Of a stretch of 64,000 nt of DNA, positions 1 through 10,544 are shown piece after piece; the first letter of the stretch is position 1, and each line of letters starts with the position of its first letter. A model generated the notes under the pieces. The model saw nothing but the letters and a program-made list of their open reading frames with translations. It made no database searches and was not told where the DNA came from. Source of the DNA: an uncultured Gammaproteobacteria bacterium (lineage in GTDB: Bacteria; Pseudomonadota; Gammaproteobacteria; JACCXJ01); the NCBI GenBank assembly GCA_963764725.1, contig CAVXTM010000012.1, forward strand, positions 192,001-256,000, read 5' to 3'. The position numbers and the translations under genes were made by a program.

Positions 1-677
1 GCCCACCAACTCGCCGCGTCCCTCCCGTACCCTGGAAATAGCCCATCGTTGGCGCTGTGCATAATCATTACCGGGAGCGGTCTTGGGCACTCGAAACCGG
101 CGAGGTCTGCCTTGGTGAAGCCCACGGCACTCGCTGCGATCGCCGCGGGAATATGTTTCGTTCTATCGAGTATCGCCATAGCCAACGCAACGGTTCCACC
201 ATCCGAGTGCCCGGTTAAGTAGACGCGTGTCGTATCGATGCACCATTTTTTCGCGGCGACACTCGGAATTGCACTCAAATCCTCGATCGCGGAAATAGAG
301 TTTCGGACGTGATCTGCATAGGCGATCAGAAATCCTTGACCCGTGGCGATTGTTGTTAACCCCGTAATGCGTTCGCTAGCCGCGGCGGAGAGACCCGCTG
401 GAGCAAAAACGACGAGTAAGGGATGGGCGACGTTTGGTTGATAGTTCTCGGGAGTTCTTACGTTGAAACGAATACCCTTTGGGGTACTTTCGCTGTCAAT
501 GACCCCCGCGGGACCGATCCTCGAGTGGGGCTTGCAAACGACAGCCGTGCTGCCCTGAGGATATGCGTACACACCAAGGTCGATCGTCCCACGCTCCGTA
601 CACCCCATCAGCGCGAGGCCCGAGGCGAGAAGCAGACCTTTCAACAATACCTGACTGTTCGTTCTAGAATGAACCAC
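1..677 (-). CDS. PHB-depolymerase-like alpha/beta hydrolase (esterase), probable lipoprotein; runs off the left edge
   Basis: Manual translation: GTG at 677, lipobox LALMGC, then FNVRTPENY...PLLVVFAPAG...IDTTRVYLTGHSDGG (G-x-S-x-G), PLPVMIMHSAND. Not in the ORF track because it is truncated by the window. Confidence 0.75.
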   Translation of the reverse strand, partial: MVHSRTNSQVLLKGLLLASGLALMGCTERGTIDLGVYAYPQGSTAVVCKPHSRIGPAGVIDSESTPKGIRFNVRTPENYQPNVAHPLLVVFAPAGLSAAASERITGLTTIATGQGFLIAYADHVRNSISAIEDLSAIPSVAAKKWCIDTTRVYLTGHSDGGTVALAMAILDRTKHIPAAIAASAVGFTKADLAGFECPRPLPVMIMHSANDGLFPGYGRDAASWW

Positions 678-884
678 AAGAAAAGCTACTCGAGCGCAAC
701 AAAGGGTTTATAAAGTAAGCTTAGCCGTTATGGAACAAATAGTCAAGAATAGCGTTGGTGTTGGAGCGAGGCATACAACTCGATCAGGACGAAGAGTTAG
801 GAAAGAGTAGCAAGCAGGATCTTACCTGCCCTCTACCGTAGCTTGCGATCTCGGAATTCGGGCGAGTGCCGAGCGCCGGCAAAT

Positions 885-1169
885 CTAGGGATACGTCAGG
901 GTCAGGCCCGGCAAAGCGGACGGGATTACTTCGCGGCCGTCGGTCCGGTTTGAGATCAAAGTTACTCGAGGTGGAGTCGACGTTTTAGCTAGACATACAT
1001 GGTCGTGACATTCCGGGCAGCGATACTCCTGGACGTCCTTGTGAGACCGTGCTCTTTCAACCTCGACCCGGAAGACACAGCCACAAAAGCCGCAGGTTTG
1101 CCGAAACTCACTGCTGGGAGTGAATGCAGCGGTTGTTTCCGTCATTTCCGTCATTGTGTTACTCAACAT
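885..1169 (-). CDS. Small zinc-ribbon-like hypothetical protein
   Basis: 94 aa with CGFCGC...YRCPECHDHVC cysteine pairs. Confidence 0.5.
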   Translation of the reverse strand: MLSNTMTEMTETTAAFTPSSEFRQTCGFCGCVFRVEVERARSHKDVQEYRCPECHDHVCLAKTSTPPRVTLISNRTDGREVIPSALPGLTLTYP

Positions 1170-1636
1170 AGATTCTCGTAGGCATTGCTAATTGGCTCCA
1201 TATCCGCACAAAAAAGCGGATACATTGATTAATGATCCTCGGCGGTACGGTACAGCCGCCCATTGCAGGGCGGATCAGGGGCACGCAATCGGGCGTATTT
1301 CACGTAAGATGTGGCAATACCTTCGGGTGCTTTCCACAGGGAAAGCCACCAAATCCCCGTGGACATCCTTCGACCCGGGTCAATGATAACACGGTGTGAG
1401 GCCCTATGCCAGTTAGAGCTAGGACGGTAGAGGCGGACCTCGGGGACGCGCTAAATAGATCGCAAGGTCACACACGGTTCGGCCACCATGAGTGACCGCG
1501 CGTCCACTCGACCAGACCTATCAGTCCTTGGGATCGCGCACGAATCATGAATACAGAGACATCCGGGGCCGGTGACACGCGGTCTCGCCGGAGACGGAAC
1601 GAATTTGCGGCATCGAGGCGCCCCGCAATTCCCGAG

Positions 1637-2722
1637 CTACGCGGGCTCCGCCACGATCACGGTATTTCGCCCTTGCTGTTTTCCTCGATAAAGCGCATCG
1701 TCCGCTTGTTTGACGCATAGGTCCAACGGCCTATCTTGGTCGTAGCGGGTCATTCCAAAGGTAACGGTCACGGAATGCCTCGTACCGGCGAAGTCAAGGT
1801 ATGCCGCTTCGATGCCCATTCGCAATCGCTCCACCACCTCGATGGCGTGCTCCAGGGAAATTTCCGGCAGCACGATAAGAAACTCCTCGCCTCCCCAACG
1901 CCCTACGATATCGACTTTGCGCACGGTCCTTCGCATCACGCCTGCGACACGGCGCAGCACGGCATCACCGCAGTCGTGACCGTGGCTATCGTTGATCGTC
2001 TTGAACTGGTCTATGTCCGCCAGGACGAGAAAAAAGGGCCGGCCGCTCCGCTCGCACCGCAGGCGCTCGGTTTCGAGCAATTCCCAGAGCTTGCGCCGGT
2101 TCGGAAGCTGAGTCAGGGGATCGGTGTCGGCAAGTTCCTTGATCCGCTGCTCGGCTCTTGCCGAGGCTTGGCGGAAGAAGTAGGCCGTCATGGCCAGGGC
2201 CGCAAAGGTGACAACGGCATTGGCGTAATAAAGGGTCTCGAGTAGCGCCGGCGCAAGCGTCGTGTTCGGCGCCCGGATCGATAAGGCGTACAGCGCGCAA
2301 TAAAGCGCGCCAATCCCGATGCTCTCCAGAACGATGAGTTTCGTCTTCAGCGCGCTGTTAAACATCGTGAATGGAATCGCGGCCATGAGATAGTTCTGAA
2401 ATCCGGCATGCCAGCCTACGCAATACACGGCGACGATGGTATGTGCGACGACTTCGGTCGTAAGTAGCGTGATGGCCAAGGCATGATTCCCCTGTTGATT
2501 CGCGAGGTACCCGGCGAACCACGCTACGCTGCTGAAAATATTAAATACCGCCAGAACCGGAACACCCAAGAAAAAAAATAACGGAACGCAGACGACATGC
2601 ACGCCAAGGCCGAGGTACGCGATGTATCTAATGACCAGATACATCCGAAAATCCTCAGACGGCATGGCGGTATCCCCTCCTCGCTGGCTGAGCTCCGGCA
2701 TAAGCTTGGATTGATTAACCAC
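1637..2722 (-). CDS. Membrane-anchored diguanylate cyclase
   Basis: About 6 hydrophobic N-terminal helices; TDPLTQLPNRR, DIDQFKTINDSHGHDCGD, RWGGEEF. True start may be a downstream ATG. Confidence 0.92.
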   Translation of the reverse strand: MVNQSKLMPELSQRGGDTAMPSEDFRMYLVIRYIAYLGLGVHVVCVPLFFFLGVPVLAVFNIFSSVAWFAGYLANQQGNHALAITLLTTEVVAHTIVAVYCVGWHAGFQNYLMAAIPFTMFNSALKTKLIVLESIGIGALYCALYALSIRAPNTTLAPALLETLYYANAVVTFAALAMTAYFFRQASARAEQRIKELADTDPLTQLPNRRKLWELLETERLRCERSGRPFFLVLADIDQFKTINDSHGHDCGDAVLRRVAGVMRRTVRKVDIVGRWGGEEFLIVLPEISLEHAIEVVERLRMGIEAAYLDFAGTRHSVTVTFGMTRYDQDRPLDLCVKQADDALYRGKQQGRNTVIVAEPA

Positions 2723-2921
2723 TTTCTCGAACCGTGGCGATTATAGTGGGAGCGTCCTCCGCTCCCAATAGCAGGGGAATTGGAATGCGCTCGTCAAAGC
2801 GCGACAGCGGTTTCAGAGCGCGGCTCCAGCTATAGACTAGATCATTGGCCAATTTTTCCAGCCTGGCAAGAACCGTAGGGAGTACGGGTTGTACTTCGAG
2901 ATCGAATCGGGTGCCGGTCAT
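2715..2921 (-). pseudogene. N-terminal remnant of alpha-glucan (glycogen) phosphorylase
   Basis: MTGTRFDLEVQPVLPTVLARLEKLANDLVYSW matches GlgP-type N-termini; similarity is lost after about 33 codons. Confidence 0.7.
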
Positions 2922-2957
2922 CTTTTAGAGATTCCGATATTGTTGCCAAAGCTTCGC

Positions 2958-4157
2958 TTACTCCACGTGGACCTTGCGCAGACCGAAGCCGACGATGCGG
3001 GCGGGCAACCGGCGCAGCAACGGCAAACGAAAGAGCGCCGGGGGCGCAAATGAGGCATTGGGGTCGAGGGCGGTCCGGATGACGCGCTCTTGAATGAAGG
3101 CCTGAAAGCGCTGGATGAAGCGAGTCAGCCAATAGCGCTCACGTTGCACCCGCGCGAGATCGGCCTCCATGACCCGGCCACTGCGCAGTGCTTCGCTCAA
3201 GGCATTGGCCGCGACCACCGCGTCCTGTATGGCATAGTTGATCCCCACCCCACCGACCGGCGACATGACGTGGGCCGCATCACCGATTAAGAGCAAGCCC
3301 GGCAGATACCATTTCCTGAGGCAACTCGATTCTACCGGTAGTATAGAAAGGTCGCCCCAGTTCTTTAGCAAAGACACCCGGTCGGCAAACTCGGGCGCAA
3401 GCGCTACCAGCGAGGCGTGGAATTTCTCGATACCTTCTTCACGCAATGCTTGGTAGCTGCCTTTTAAAATCAGGTACCCTAATTGGAAGTGATCTTCCCG
3501 CGGCAGTATAGCTAGCATGTGGCCTTGACCGATACGGCCTCCGAAGCCTTGTGTATCGCCGGGAGACCTGGGTAACCGGAACCAGAGTACGTCCATCGGC
3601 GGGGAGCTTCGCACCGGCTCGAGTCCGGCGAGCTTGCGAAGGCGCGAGAATCGCCCGTCGGCGGCGACCGTCAAGAGCGCCCGCAGCTCGCGTTCAACGC
3701 CTGTCTCGTCCCAGTACCGGACACCGCGGCTGACCCCCTCCTCCATGATCAGCTCCCGCACGTGGGCGCCCATGAGGAGTCTAAAATGGGGATAGCGCCG
3801 CGCCTGTCCGGTGACAAATTCGAGGAACTTCGCCTGCGGCATGAGCGTGATATAGGGAAAGCGCGTTTTTAGCCGGGTAAAATCCACCATCTTGAATGCG
3901 GCCTGCTTAGTCCGCAGGGTGAGGTCGTGGAGCTTGGTGTGGGGAAGATCGAGTAAGGCGTCCGCAAGCCCGATCTCATCCATGATCTCCATGACCGAGG
4001 GGTGCAAGGTGTCGCCACGGAACTCGCGGTCGAAATCCTTATGCCCCTCGAGCAACGTGACCGGCACGCCGTTACGGGCCAAGAGCAGCGATAGCACCGC
4101 CCCCGCCGGACCGCCACCGACGACGCAACAGGAGGTCCTTTCAAGCTCAGCGCTCAT
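2958..4157 (-). CDS. FAD-dependent monooxygenase/oxidoreductase
   Basis: GGGPAG, AADGRFS, LIGDAAHVMSPVGGVGINYAIQD flavoprotein motifs. Confidence 0.9.
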   Translation of the reverse strand: MSAELERTSCCVVGGGPAGAVLSLLLARNGVPVTLLEGHKDFDREFRGDTLHPSVMEIMDEIGLADALLDLPHTKLHDLTLRTKQAAFKMVDFTRLKTRFPYITLMPQAKFLEFVTGQARRYPHFRLLMGAHVRELIMEEGVSRGVRYWDETGVERELRALLTVAADGRFSRLRKLAGLEPVRSSPPMDVLWFRLPRSPGDTQGFGGRIGQGHMLAILPREDHFQLGYLILKGSYQALREEGIEKFHASLVALAPEFADRVSLLKNWGDLSILPVESSCLRKWYLPGLLLIGDAAHVMSPVGGVGINYAIQDAVVAANALSEALRSGRVMEADLARVQRERYWLTRFIQRFQAFIQERVIRTALDPNASFAPPALFRLPLLRRLPARIVGFGLRKVHVE

Positions 4158-4250
4158 CCGACTAGCAGCTGTCGCGCTTCACCCGCTCCGTTCGCCCACC
4201 AGCCCAAGGCGCTGCAACTGAAATCCAGGCACCGACTCACCTCACAAAGA

Positions 4251-5009
4251 TCATGGTTGCTGAATACAATCCAAACAAGCGATGATTGCCTCGCTAACCC
4301 GCTTAGTCTCATTGGGATCTCTGACTTGGATAGAAACAACGCCTGCTTCCTTGGCCGGATAGTCGTTGCCACCGGGGAACAACGCATCCCCTATAAAAAT
4401 CATCTCGTTAATTGTAATGCCAAGGATGTCTCGGAGTTTTCTGATACCGTAGGCTTTGTCGATGCCAGGCTTTGTGACATCAACAGATGTCGTGCCACCC
4501 AGTCGGACGAAAAAGTCAGGAATAATGGTTTCAAGGATTGCTTTGATTTTCTTACGCTTGGCGAAATCCGGGTCCCATTTTTTCTTTTCTTCAATGGGGG
4601 CCTGCTGACCTAATGCCGAGAATGTAATCTGACTGCCCCGGTCTTCAATCACTTCTCCCCAGTGCTTTCCTGACTTGAAACCCGACAATTCAAGCGCCTT
4701 GTTCAGTGAACTGATGATGGTCTCCTTTTCGTTCTCGGTGAAGTCTTCTGAATAGATCTTTTCCCAAGCTCCTTCATAGCGGAAGAACTTTGTTCCACAT
4801 GTAGGGAGGAGAGATAGATTCTTTAGGCGTTGGTCATGGGGAAGATTGGAGAGCAGTTGTTTTTCGAACTGTGGCCAATCGCCTCCGGAAATGACGGCCA
4901 CTCTGACGATGCTGAGAAGGTCACGCAGAAGTGCTGACATTTCGGCATCAAGAGACGCTTTGCTTTCGGCAAGCGTACCATCCAGGTCGAAAACAATTAG
5001 CTTTTTCAT
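4251..5009 (-). CDS. HAD-IIB hydrolase, eukaryotic-type phosphomannomutase-like
   Basis: FDLDGTL, EDRGSQITFSALGQQAP, GGTTSVD, FIGDALFPGGNDYP; visibly more AT-rich than its neighbours. Confidence 0.88.
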   Translation of the reverse strand: MKKLIVFDLDGTLAESKASLDAEMSALLRDLLSIVRVAVISGGDWPQFEKQLLSNLPHDQRLKNLSLLPTCGTKFFRYEGAWEKIYSEDFTENEKETIISSLNKALELSGFKSGKHWGEVIEDRGSQITFSALGQQAPIEEKKKWDPDFAKRKKIKAILETIIPDFFVRLGGTTSVDVTKPGIDKAYGIRKLRDILGITINEMIFIGDALFPGGNDYPAKEAGVVSIQVRDPNETKRVSEAIIACLDCIQQP

Positions 5010-5304
5010 TGTTACTTATTCCGCATTCGGCGCAACTTATAACAAGCTCGCAGTACCTCGCGGCGGACAGACACACGCTCCGACCACGGCCGGCAAGAGC
5101 AAACCGTCCCACCCACCCGCCACAGCCATTCCATCCTCCGGGGGCCCAGCAGGCAACGTCCTGTGCCTGGCTTTCCATCCTCAGGGCGCAGGACGATTAA
5201 TTGCCCGAAAACGCCCGAGCCTTGGACCGAGGGCCAGCGTGTTTGACAACTCACTGGGCCATCCGTACCCTTCTGCTTGACGAAAATGGCGTATATTTTT
5301 ATAG

Positions 5305-5400
5305 CCTCCCGCTGCCTCCGGACGGTCACGCGCAGGACGCAGAAGCCACTCTCGAGACTACTTAAGGTCGCCCGCTCGATGGTCCCCGATGAACGCTCCG
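5305..5400 (-). pseudogene. Remnant of RecD2-like helicase N-terminus
   Basis: Manual translation ERSSGTIERATLSSLESGFCVLRVTVRRQRE resembles the G.IERVTF....GFCVLRVK.RG.R start of RecD2; no continuation. Confidence 0.55.
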
Positions 5401-5488
5401 TTTTCTAGCGAACCGGCCGTGTGCATGCTGCCGATGATACCTGGTGTTGGCTGTCCTTTGCAGCTTTACGACCTAACCTCGTGGGGTG

Positions 5489-5578
5489 GGTTCTAAATGC
5501 TGCATGGCGCTCGAGCCAGAAATGCTCAGCCTCGATGAGGGCGAGAACCCCGAACTGTTGGACTTCCGGCGGCGATTC
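5489..5578 (+). pseudogene. Remnant of CopA-type heavy-metal P-type ATPase
   Basis: KCCMALEPEMLSLDEGENPELLDFRRRF resembles the CPKCGMALEP...ENPEL.DF.RRF segment of Cu-ATPases. Confidence 0.65.
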
Positions 5579-5752
5579 ATCAATGGTCGTAGGGATCGGT
5601 CTGCGTCCGCTTGCCCGCGTCACCCACGCTTATCCGACCCAGGTCCGAAGCGATTAAGAAAGCGGCGGACGCCTACAACCGCACGCGTCTGACGCCGACG
5701 ATCCAATCGCTGCAGCGCTGGTTGAAGTAGTAACCGCCAACAAGGAGATGAT

Positions 5753-6659
5753 ATGAAACTCGGCATGATCGGTTTGGGGCGCATGGGCGCCAACATGGCG
5801 CAGCGTCTGATACGCGGCGGACATCAACTGGTCGGGCTTCGATCCGAAACCCGAAGCACGCAAGGACCTTAAGAACAAGGGCGCCGAATCCGCGGATTCG
5901 CTTGCCACGCTGGTAGCGACACTGCCAGCCCCACGCACGCTATGGCTGATGGTGCCCGCCGGCGAAATCACCGAAGCCACCCTCACGAATCTTCTGCCTC
6001 TGCTGGCCACAGGCGACACGGTCATCGACGGCGGCAATTCCAATTACAAGGACACGCTGCGCCGGGCCAAGACATTCGCCGACAAAAACATCCACTACAT
6101 CGACTGCGGTACCAGCGGCGGCGTGTGGGGTCTGGCCGAGGGCTTCAGCATGATGATCGGCGGCGACGAAGCGGCTGTCGAACGGCTGACGCCGATCTTC
6201 GAAACATTAGCACCCGCCAAGGATCAAGGCTGGGGCCGCGTCGGCCCCGTGGGCTCCGGCCACTTCACCAAGATGGTCCACAACGGCATCGAATACGGTC
6301 TGATGCAGGCCTACGCCGAAGGCTTTTCGATCCTGCAGCACAAGCGCGAGTTCGGCCTCGACTTGCATCAGATCGCCGAGATCTGGCGCCACGGCAGCGT
6401 GGTGCGCTCGTGGCTCCTGGACCTCACGGCGGCGGTGTTGGAGAAGAATCCGGCGATGACCGGGATCGCTCCTTACGTCGACGATTCCGGCGAAGGGCGC
6501 TGGACCGTGGCCGAGGCGATCGACCTGGATGTACCCGCGCCGGTCATCACGCTGTCGCTGCTCGAGCGCCTGCGCTCGCGCGACGCGGACTCGTACTCCG
6601 ACAAGCTGCTGGCGGCCATGCGCAACCGGTTCGGCGGGCACGCGATCAAGAAGGAATGA
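5753..6659 (+). pseudogene. gnd: Decarboxylating 6-phosphogluconate dehydrogenase (short type) with one +1 frameshift near 5835
   Basis: AAGGAG RBS and ATG at 5753 (MKLGMIGLGRMGANM). An extra G in GTCGGGCTTC shifts the frame. Downstream DGGNS, SGGVWG, KMVHNGIEYG, DSGEGRW, RNRFGGH are intact. May be a sequencing error. Confidence 0.9.
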
Positions 6660-7387
6660 GCGCTACGGACGCGCAGGACGCTGCCGCCCCCCGCAGCGTG
6701 CGCTGGATCGGCGTCGCCGACGCCGCGGCGCTGCGGCAGATCGCGTACCGGCGCATCCTCGACGCCGCCGCGCACGCGATCGAACGGCGCGACCGGTTCC
6801 TGATCGTGCTCGCCGGCGGCAACACGCCGCGCGGCATCTACCGGATGCTGCGCGCCGCGGCCACCGACTGGTCGCGCTGGCAGGTGTACTTCGGCGACGA
6901 GCGCTGCCTGCCGGCGGACGACGCCGAGCGCAACAGCCGGATGGCGGCCGATGCCTGGCTCAATCGCGTGCCGATTCCGCCAGACCAGGTGCACGCGATT
7001 CCCGCCGAGCTCGGCGCGGCTGCGGCGGCACTCGCCTACGCGGAAACGCTGCGCGGCGCCGGTAATTTCGACCTGGTCCTGCTCGGCCTCGGCGAGGACG
7101 GCCACACCGCCAGTCTGTTTCCGAACCACGACTGGGGTTCCAACGCAGATGCCGCGGACGCACTGGCCGTGTTCGACGCACCCAAGCCGCCGCCGCAGCG
7201 CGTATCGCTCAGCGCGGCGCGCTTGAGCCTCACGCGCGAGGTGCTGTTCCTGGTCGAAGGCGCAGCCAAGCGCGATGCAGTGACGCGCTGGCGCGCAGGC
7301 GAGCGGTTGCCAACGGGTGCGATCCAGCCCGCGGGCGGCGCCGATGTACTGGTTGAGTCTGCGCTACTCACGTCACCTGCCGGATAG
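6656..7387 (+). CDS. pgl: 6-phosphogluconolactonase
   Basis: ATG overlaps the gnd TGA; LAGGNTP, FGDERC, LLGLGEDGHTASLFP, PKPPPQRVSL. Confidence 0.92.
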   Translation: MSATDAQDAAAPRSVRWIGVADAAALRQIAYRRILDAAAHAIERRDRFLIVLAGGNTPRGIYRMLRAAATDWSRWQVYFGDERCLPADDAERNSRMAADAWLNRVPIPPDQVHAIPAELGAAAAALAYAETLRGAGNFDLVLLGLGEDGHTASLFPNHDWGSNADAADALAVFDAPKPPPQRVSLSAARLSLTREVLFLVEGAAKRDAVTRWRAGERLPTGAIQPAGGADVLVESALLTSPAG

Positions 7388-7410
7388 GCTGCACATCTCG
7401 GTGAACCAGC

Positions 7411-7578
7411 CGTGACGTTTGGCAATAGGACGCAGCGCGTCCCTCAGTGCAAGATTTCTACCGAGGTTAGGTTCCTGGAATTCGTCAGCGCGCCGCCGCC
7501 AGTCATCAGGCGCAAGCGTAGCGACGCGCCCGGCATCGAAGCTGTCAGTCAGCAGCCCGGACTGCATCGGGCTGTACG
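7411..7578 (-). pseudogene. Internal fragment of an aldo/keto reductase
   Basis: YSPMQSGLLT...DDWRR...F.EPNL.RNLALRDALRPIAKRHG. Confidence 0.7.
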
Positions 7579-7990
7579 GTGATCAATCCGGACCGGACGG
7601 TAATGGCCTTGGTGGGTCGTTTCTCGCTGTCACCCTCGAACTCGGTGTATACCCTCACTCGACATTAGGTATGCCCCTTGCAGTAAGGAAGCGCGAACGG
7701 TCAAGCGCGCCCCTGTGGTGGAGTTACCACCCATAGAGACCCAATTAACTTACCAAAGGAAGGTTAGAAAATGAGAGCGTTAATAGCAGTTATCTACGTG
7801 CTTTCAACAACAGCAGTTACGATATTTGTTCAGGCTATAGTATTGTAACAAATGGAATTATCGGTAGGTCGGTTACCGTAGAGACATTCATGGTTATGTC
7901 CTGCCTGCCTGCCGTTTATGTACCGTATTGTGCTCCCTGTTCCAACAAGCGGGACTCAAACGCACCGAAGCCGCCGGGGGGCACGACACC

Positions 7991-8340
7991 GTGACCGAAG
8001 AACCAATCACCAGTGCAGCCGACGCGGCTTCTCGTCCTGTTCGGCTTGAGGTTGTCGCGGACGGCACGATCGGATACGCCTCGCTTCAGAACGATGTCCC
8101 GATAGTTCGCGAGCTGCGGGTTTCCAGCAATTCACCAGACGCGATCAACGACGTTGAGGGCATCGTTGAATCGGATCCTCCCTTCGCTGAAGGCGCGAAG
8201 CTAAGGTTCGATCGGCTCGCTGTCGGCGAGAGTCGCCGGATCACCCCGGTCGATACTCGGGTTCATCACAGCTACCCATCCGCTCTGACGGAGCTAGAGC
8301 GCGCGAAACTCAAGATAAGCGTTCGCGCAGGAGGTGAACT
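7991..8340 (+). pseudogene. N-terminal remnant of a DUF4011/DUF3320-type large helicase-nuclease, in frame with the next gene
   Basis: IGYASLQNDVPIVRELRV...ESDPPFA...DRL..GE...LTELERA resembles the N-terminal domain of these giant SF1 helicases; the rest is absent. Confidence 0.55.
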
Positions 8341-8365
8341 CAAACTTAACGGTAGGAACCAATCG

Positions 8366-9973
8366 ATGACGGGCTCGGCATCCTTGCAAATGGGCGCCAT
8401 TGCCGCGGTCTACCTTCTTTGGTTCGTTAGCTGGCTGGTGCTGGGGCACGAAGCCTTTGGGCCGGCGCGCTACAACTGGGACGAGACCCTGGTGGCGACC
8501 GTCGCAGCCATTGCGGCTTTCAACGCATCTCGGCAAGCCCCCAAGCCGTATCCAGTTTTCCTCATCATGATAGGGATCGGCCTCGCGATGCTCACGGCAT
8601 CGTGGTTCACCTATGACCCCGACGACACTCGCCCTTTTCTTCGCTTTCCCGGACAAGGCGCGCCGAATTACTCGGCAATCAGCTATGCGCTGTTTGTGTT
8701 CGTCTGGGTCTGCGCCTGGGGCTATCTGGCTCTCAAGCAGTGGCAACGGCGGCCTCCATCGGTGCTCACCGGCGTGGTCTTTGCCGTCCTGATCTTCGGT
8801 TTGGCCGTCATCCTCGCGAACTTCTACTATCCGCAATATAGGTCTTCGCTGGATACGATCGCGGGGCGGCTCGACGCCGCCACCTCCGGCCTCGAGTTCG
8901 CCGCACTGGTCATCGGCTTGGCCTGTATTCTGCTCGGTGAGCGGGCCGTGTTGACCTGGATGCTCTTTGCAACGGCGCTGCTAGTGGCGAGCGATATGGC
9001 ATATAGCGAGGCGGATGTTCCCAGCGCCATCGAGCCGGTTTGGATGCTGGGGCAATTTCTGCTGCTGTCCGCTCTGCTCGTTCTTCCCGGTGCGACGGAG
9101 GCTGTCCCGCCTCAGTCGACGACACGATCCTCACTGGAGGAGGTGGCTGCAAGGCAGCGGTCCGGGTTATCGGGGGTTCTCATCCTTCTTTCGCTCGGGG
9201 GTGTGCTCCTATCGGTGGCCGTTGGACTCGTCCCGGTGCACCCGGTTTGGAAGTCGTTTTTCTCTGTCCTGTTTGTGGTGGCGCTGGTGGTGGCCCTGGT
9301 GTGGCTCACGGATCGCTTCGATGAAGCGGTACAGTACCTGAAAACCTACACGACGAGACTGCATCAGAAGCGGCTTCAGACCGAGGATTGGCGAGAAGCG
9401 GATACTCGCATTCGGACTACACTACAATCCACCGGCCTTGGCGTGTACTTGAACTCGCTCTGCGACTCTGCTGGTCGGCTGAGGCAAGACGTTCTGTTTT
9501 TGGGACCCGAGCGTCTTTATCCCGCGCCAAAACTTCCGGGCGCACAAGGCAGAGTTCGCTGTTTCATCGTCATGCCCTTCAGCCTTGAGTGGTCGAACGA
9601 TGTCCACCGCACTTTGTCCGGTGCGTGCAAAGCCACGTCCGTCCAGCCCGTGCGCGGAGACGACGTGTTTACCCCCACCGACATCCTCGTTGATATCTGG
9701 CATAGCATAAACGGCGCAGACTTCGTAATCGCCGACATCACGGGTAGGAACCCGAACGTTCTATACGAACTCGGTATCGCCCACACATTGGCAAAACCTG
9801 TGCTGATCATCTCCCGGAATGCCGCAGATATTCCGATCGACCTCAGCACCCGGCGTATGATCTTATACGGTCAATCAGAGGGCGACTGGCGCGAAGACCT
9901 CGGGATCAAGGTCACCAAGGCGATCAAGGAAATCCTCGGCACGTATAGCTTGAATTGCACAGAGGACGAGTGA
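8366..9973 (+). CDS. Multi-pass membrane protein with a C-terminal nucleoside 2-deoxyribosyltransferase/TIR-like domain
   Basis: ATG at 8366 after GGTAGGA; about 9-10 hydrophobic helices, then CFIVMPF...VRGDD...IWHSINGADFVIADITGRNPNVLYELGIAHTLAKPVLII. Confidence 0.8.
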   Translation: MTGSASLQMGAIAAVYLLWFVSWLVLGHEAFGPARYNWDETLVATVAAIAAFNASRQAPKPYPVFLIMIGIGLAMLTASWFTYDPDDTRPFLRFPGQGAPNYSAISYALFVFVWVCAWGYLALKQWQRRPPSVLTGVVFAVLIFGLAVILANFYYPQYRSSLDTIAGRLDAATSGLEFAALVIGLACILLGERAVLTWMLFATALLVASDMAYSEADVPSAIEPVWMLGQFLLLSALLVLPGATEAVPPQSTTRSSLEEVAARQRSGLSGVLILLSLGGVLLSVAVGLVPVHPVWKSFFSVLFVVALVVALVWLTDRFDEAVQYLKTYTTRLHQKRLQTEDWREADTRIRTTLQSTGLGVYLNSLCDSAGRLRQDVLFLGPERLYPAPKLPGAQGRVRCFIVMPFSLEWSNDVHRTLSGACKATSVQPVRGDDVFTPTDILVDIWHSINGADFVIADITGRNPNVLYELGIAHTLAKPVLIISRNAADIPIDLSTRRMILYGQSEGDWREDLGIKVTKAIKEILGTYSLNCTEDE

Positions 9974-10092
9974 AGGCCAAAGGGGATGGCCGGCTCAGGC
10001 GACGGGGCGGTGGGCTAAACCCCGTGCCTGGCAGCAGATCGAATCAGACTACACATCTGAAGTACGAGGGACCCGTTTCGTCAACGAATCCA

Positions 10093-10419
10093 ATGATCAA
10101 AATCAACAACAACTTTTACCTGACTATCGCAGTGGCCGTGAGCATCGGCATTTTTTTTGTGGCCGGACAGATAAGCGGAACGCTGAACGGCACCGGCCTG
10201 CACTCGATTGCACATATTGCTGCCTATGCTATTCTCGGAGCCTGCTTCGCCAAGGGCCTGCCGCGTTCTACCGTGGTCATGGTAACGCTTCTAACTGCGG
10301 GCATCGGTGGTCTGCACGAACTCTATGAAGTCGGGAGGTACGGCATCGATCTCGAACTTCACGACCTGTTTTATGACATAGTCGGCGCCTTTGCCGGCGC
10401 GCTTCTTGTCAGTCGGTAG
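10093..10419 (+). CDS. VanZ-like small membrane protein
   Basis: HIAAYAILG...GGLHELYE...DLFYDIVGAFAG pattern with 3-4 TM segments. Confidence 0.65.
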   Translation: MIKINNNFYLTIAVAVSIGIFFVAGQISGTLNGTGLHSIAHIAAYAILGACFAKGLPRSTVVMVTLLTAGIGGLHELYEVGRYGIDLELHDLFYDIVGAFAGALLVSR

Positions 10420-10544
10420 AGAATCCGCCTTTCTCCAACGCCTCGGCCAACTCCATGGTTTGACAACCCCCTCAGCGCGAGCGCATCCTGCAGTCGCCAT
10501 GCACGGCGAGGTACAGTGGGTTATCCAAAACAGAGAAGATTCTT

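Noticed and set aside
5942-7387. 481-aa ORF suggesting an extended Pgl fusion
   Set aside because: The first ~238 codons are an off-frame shadow of gnd; Pgl starts at ATG 6656 overlapping the gnd stop.
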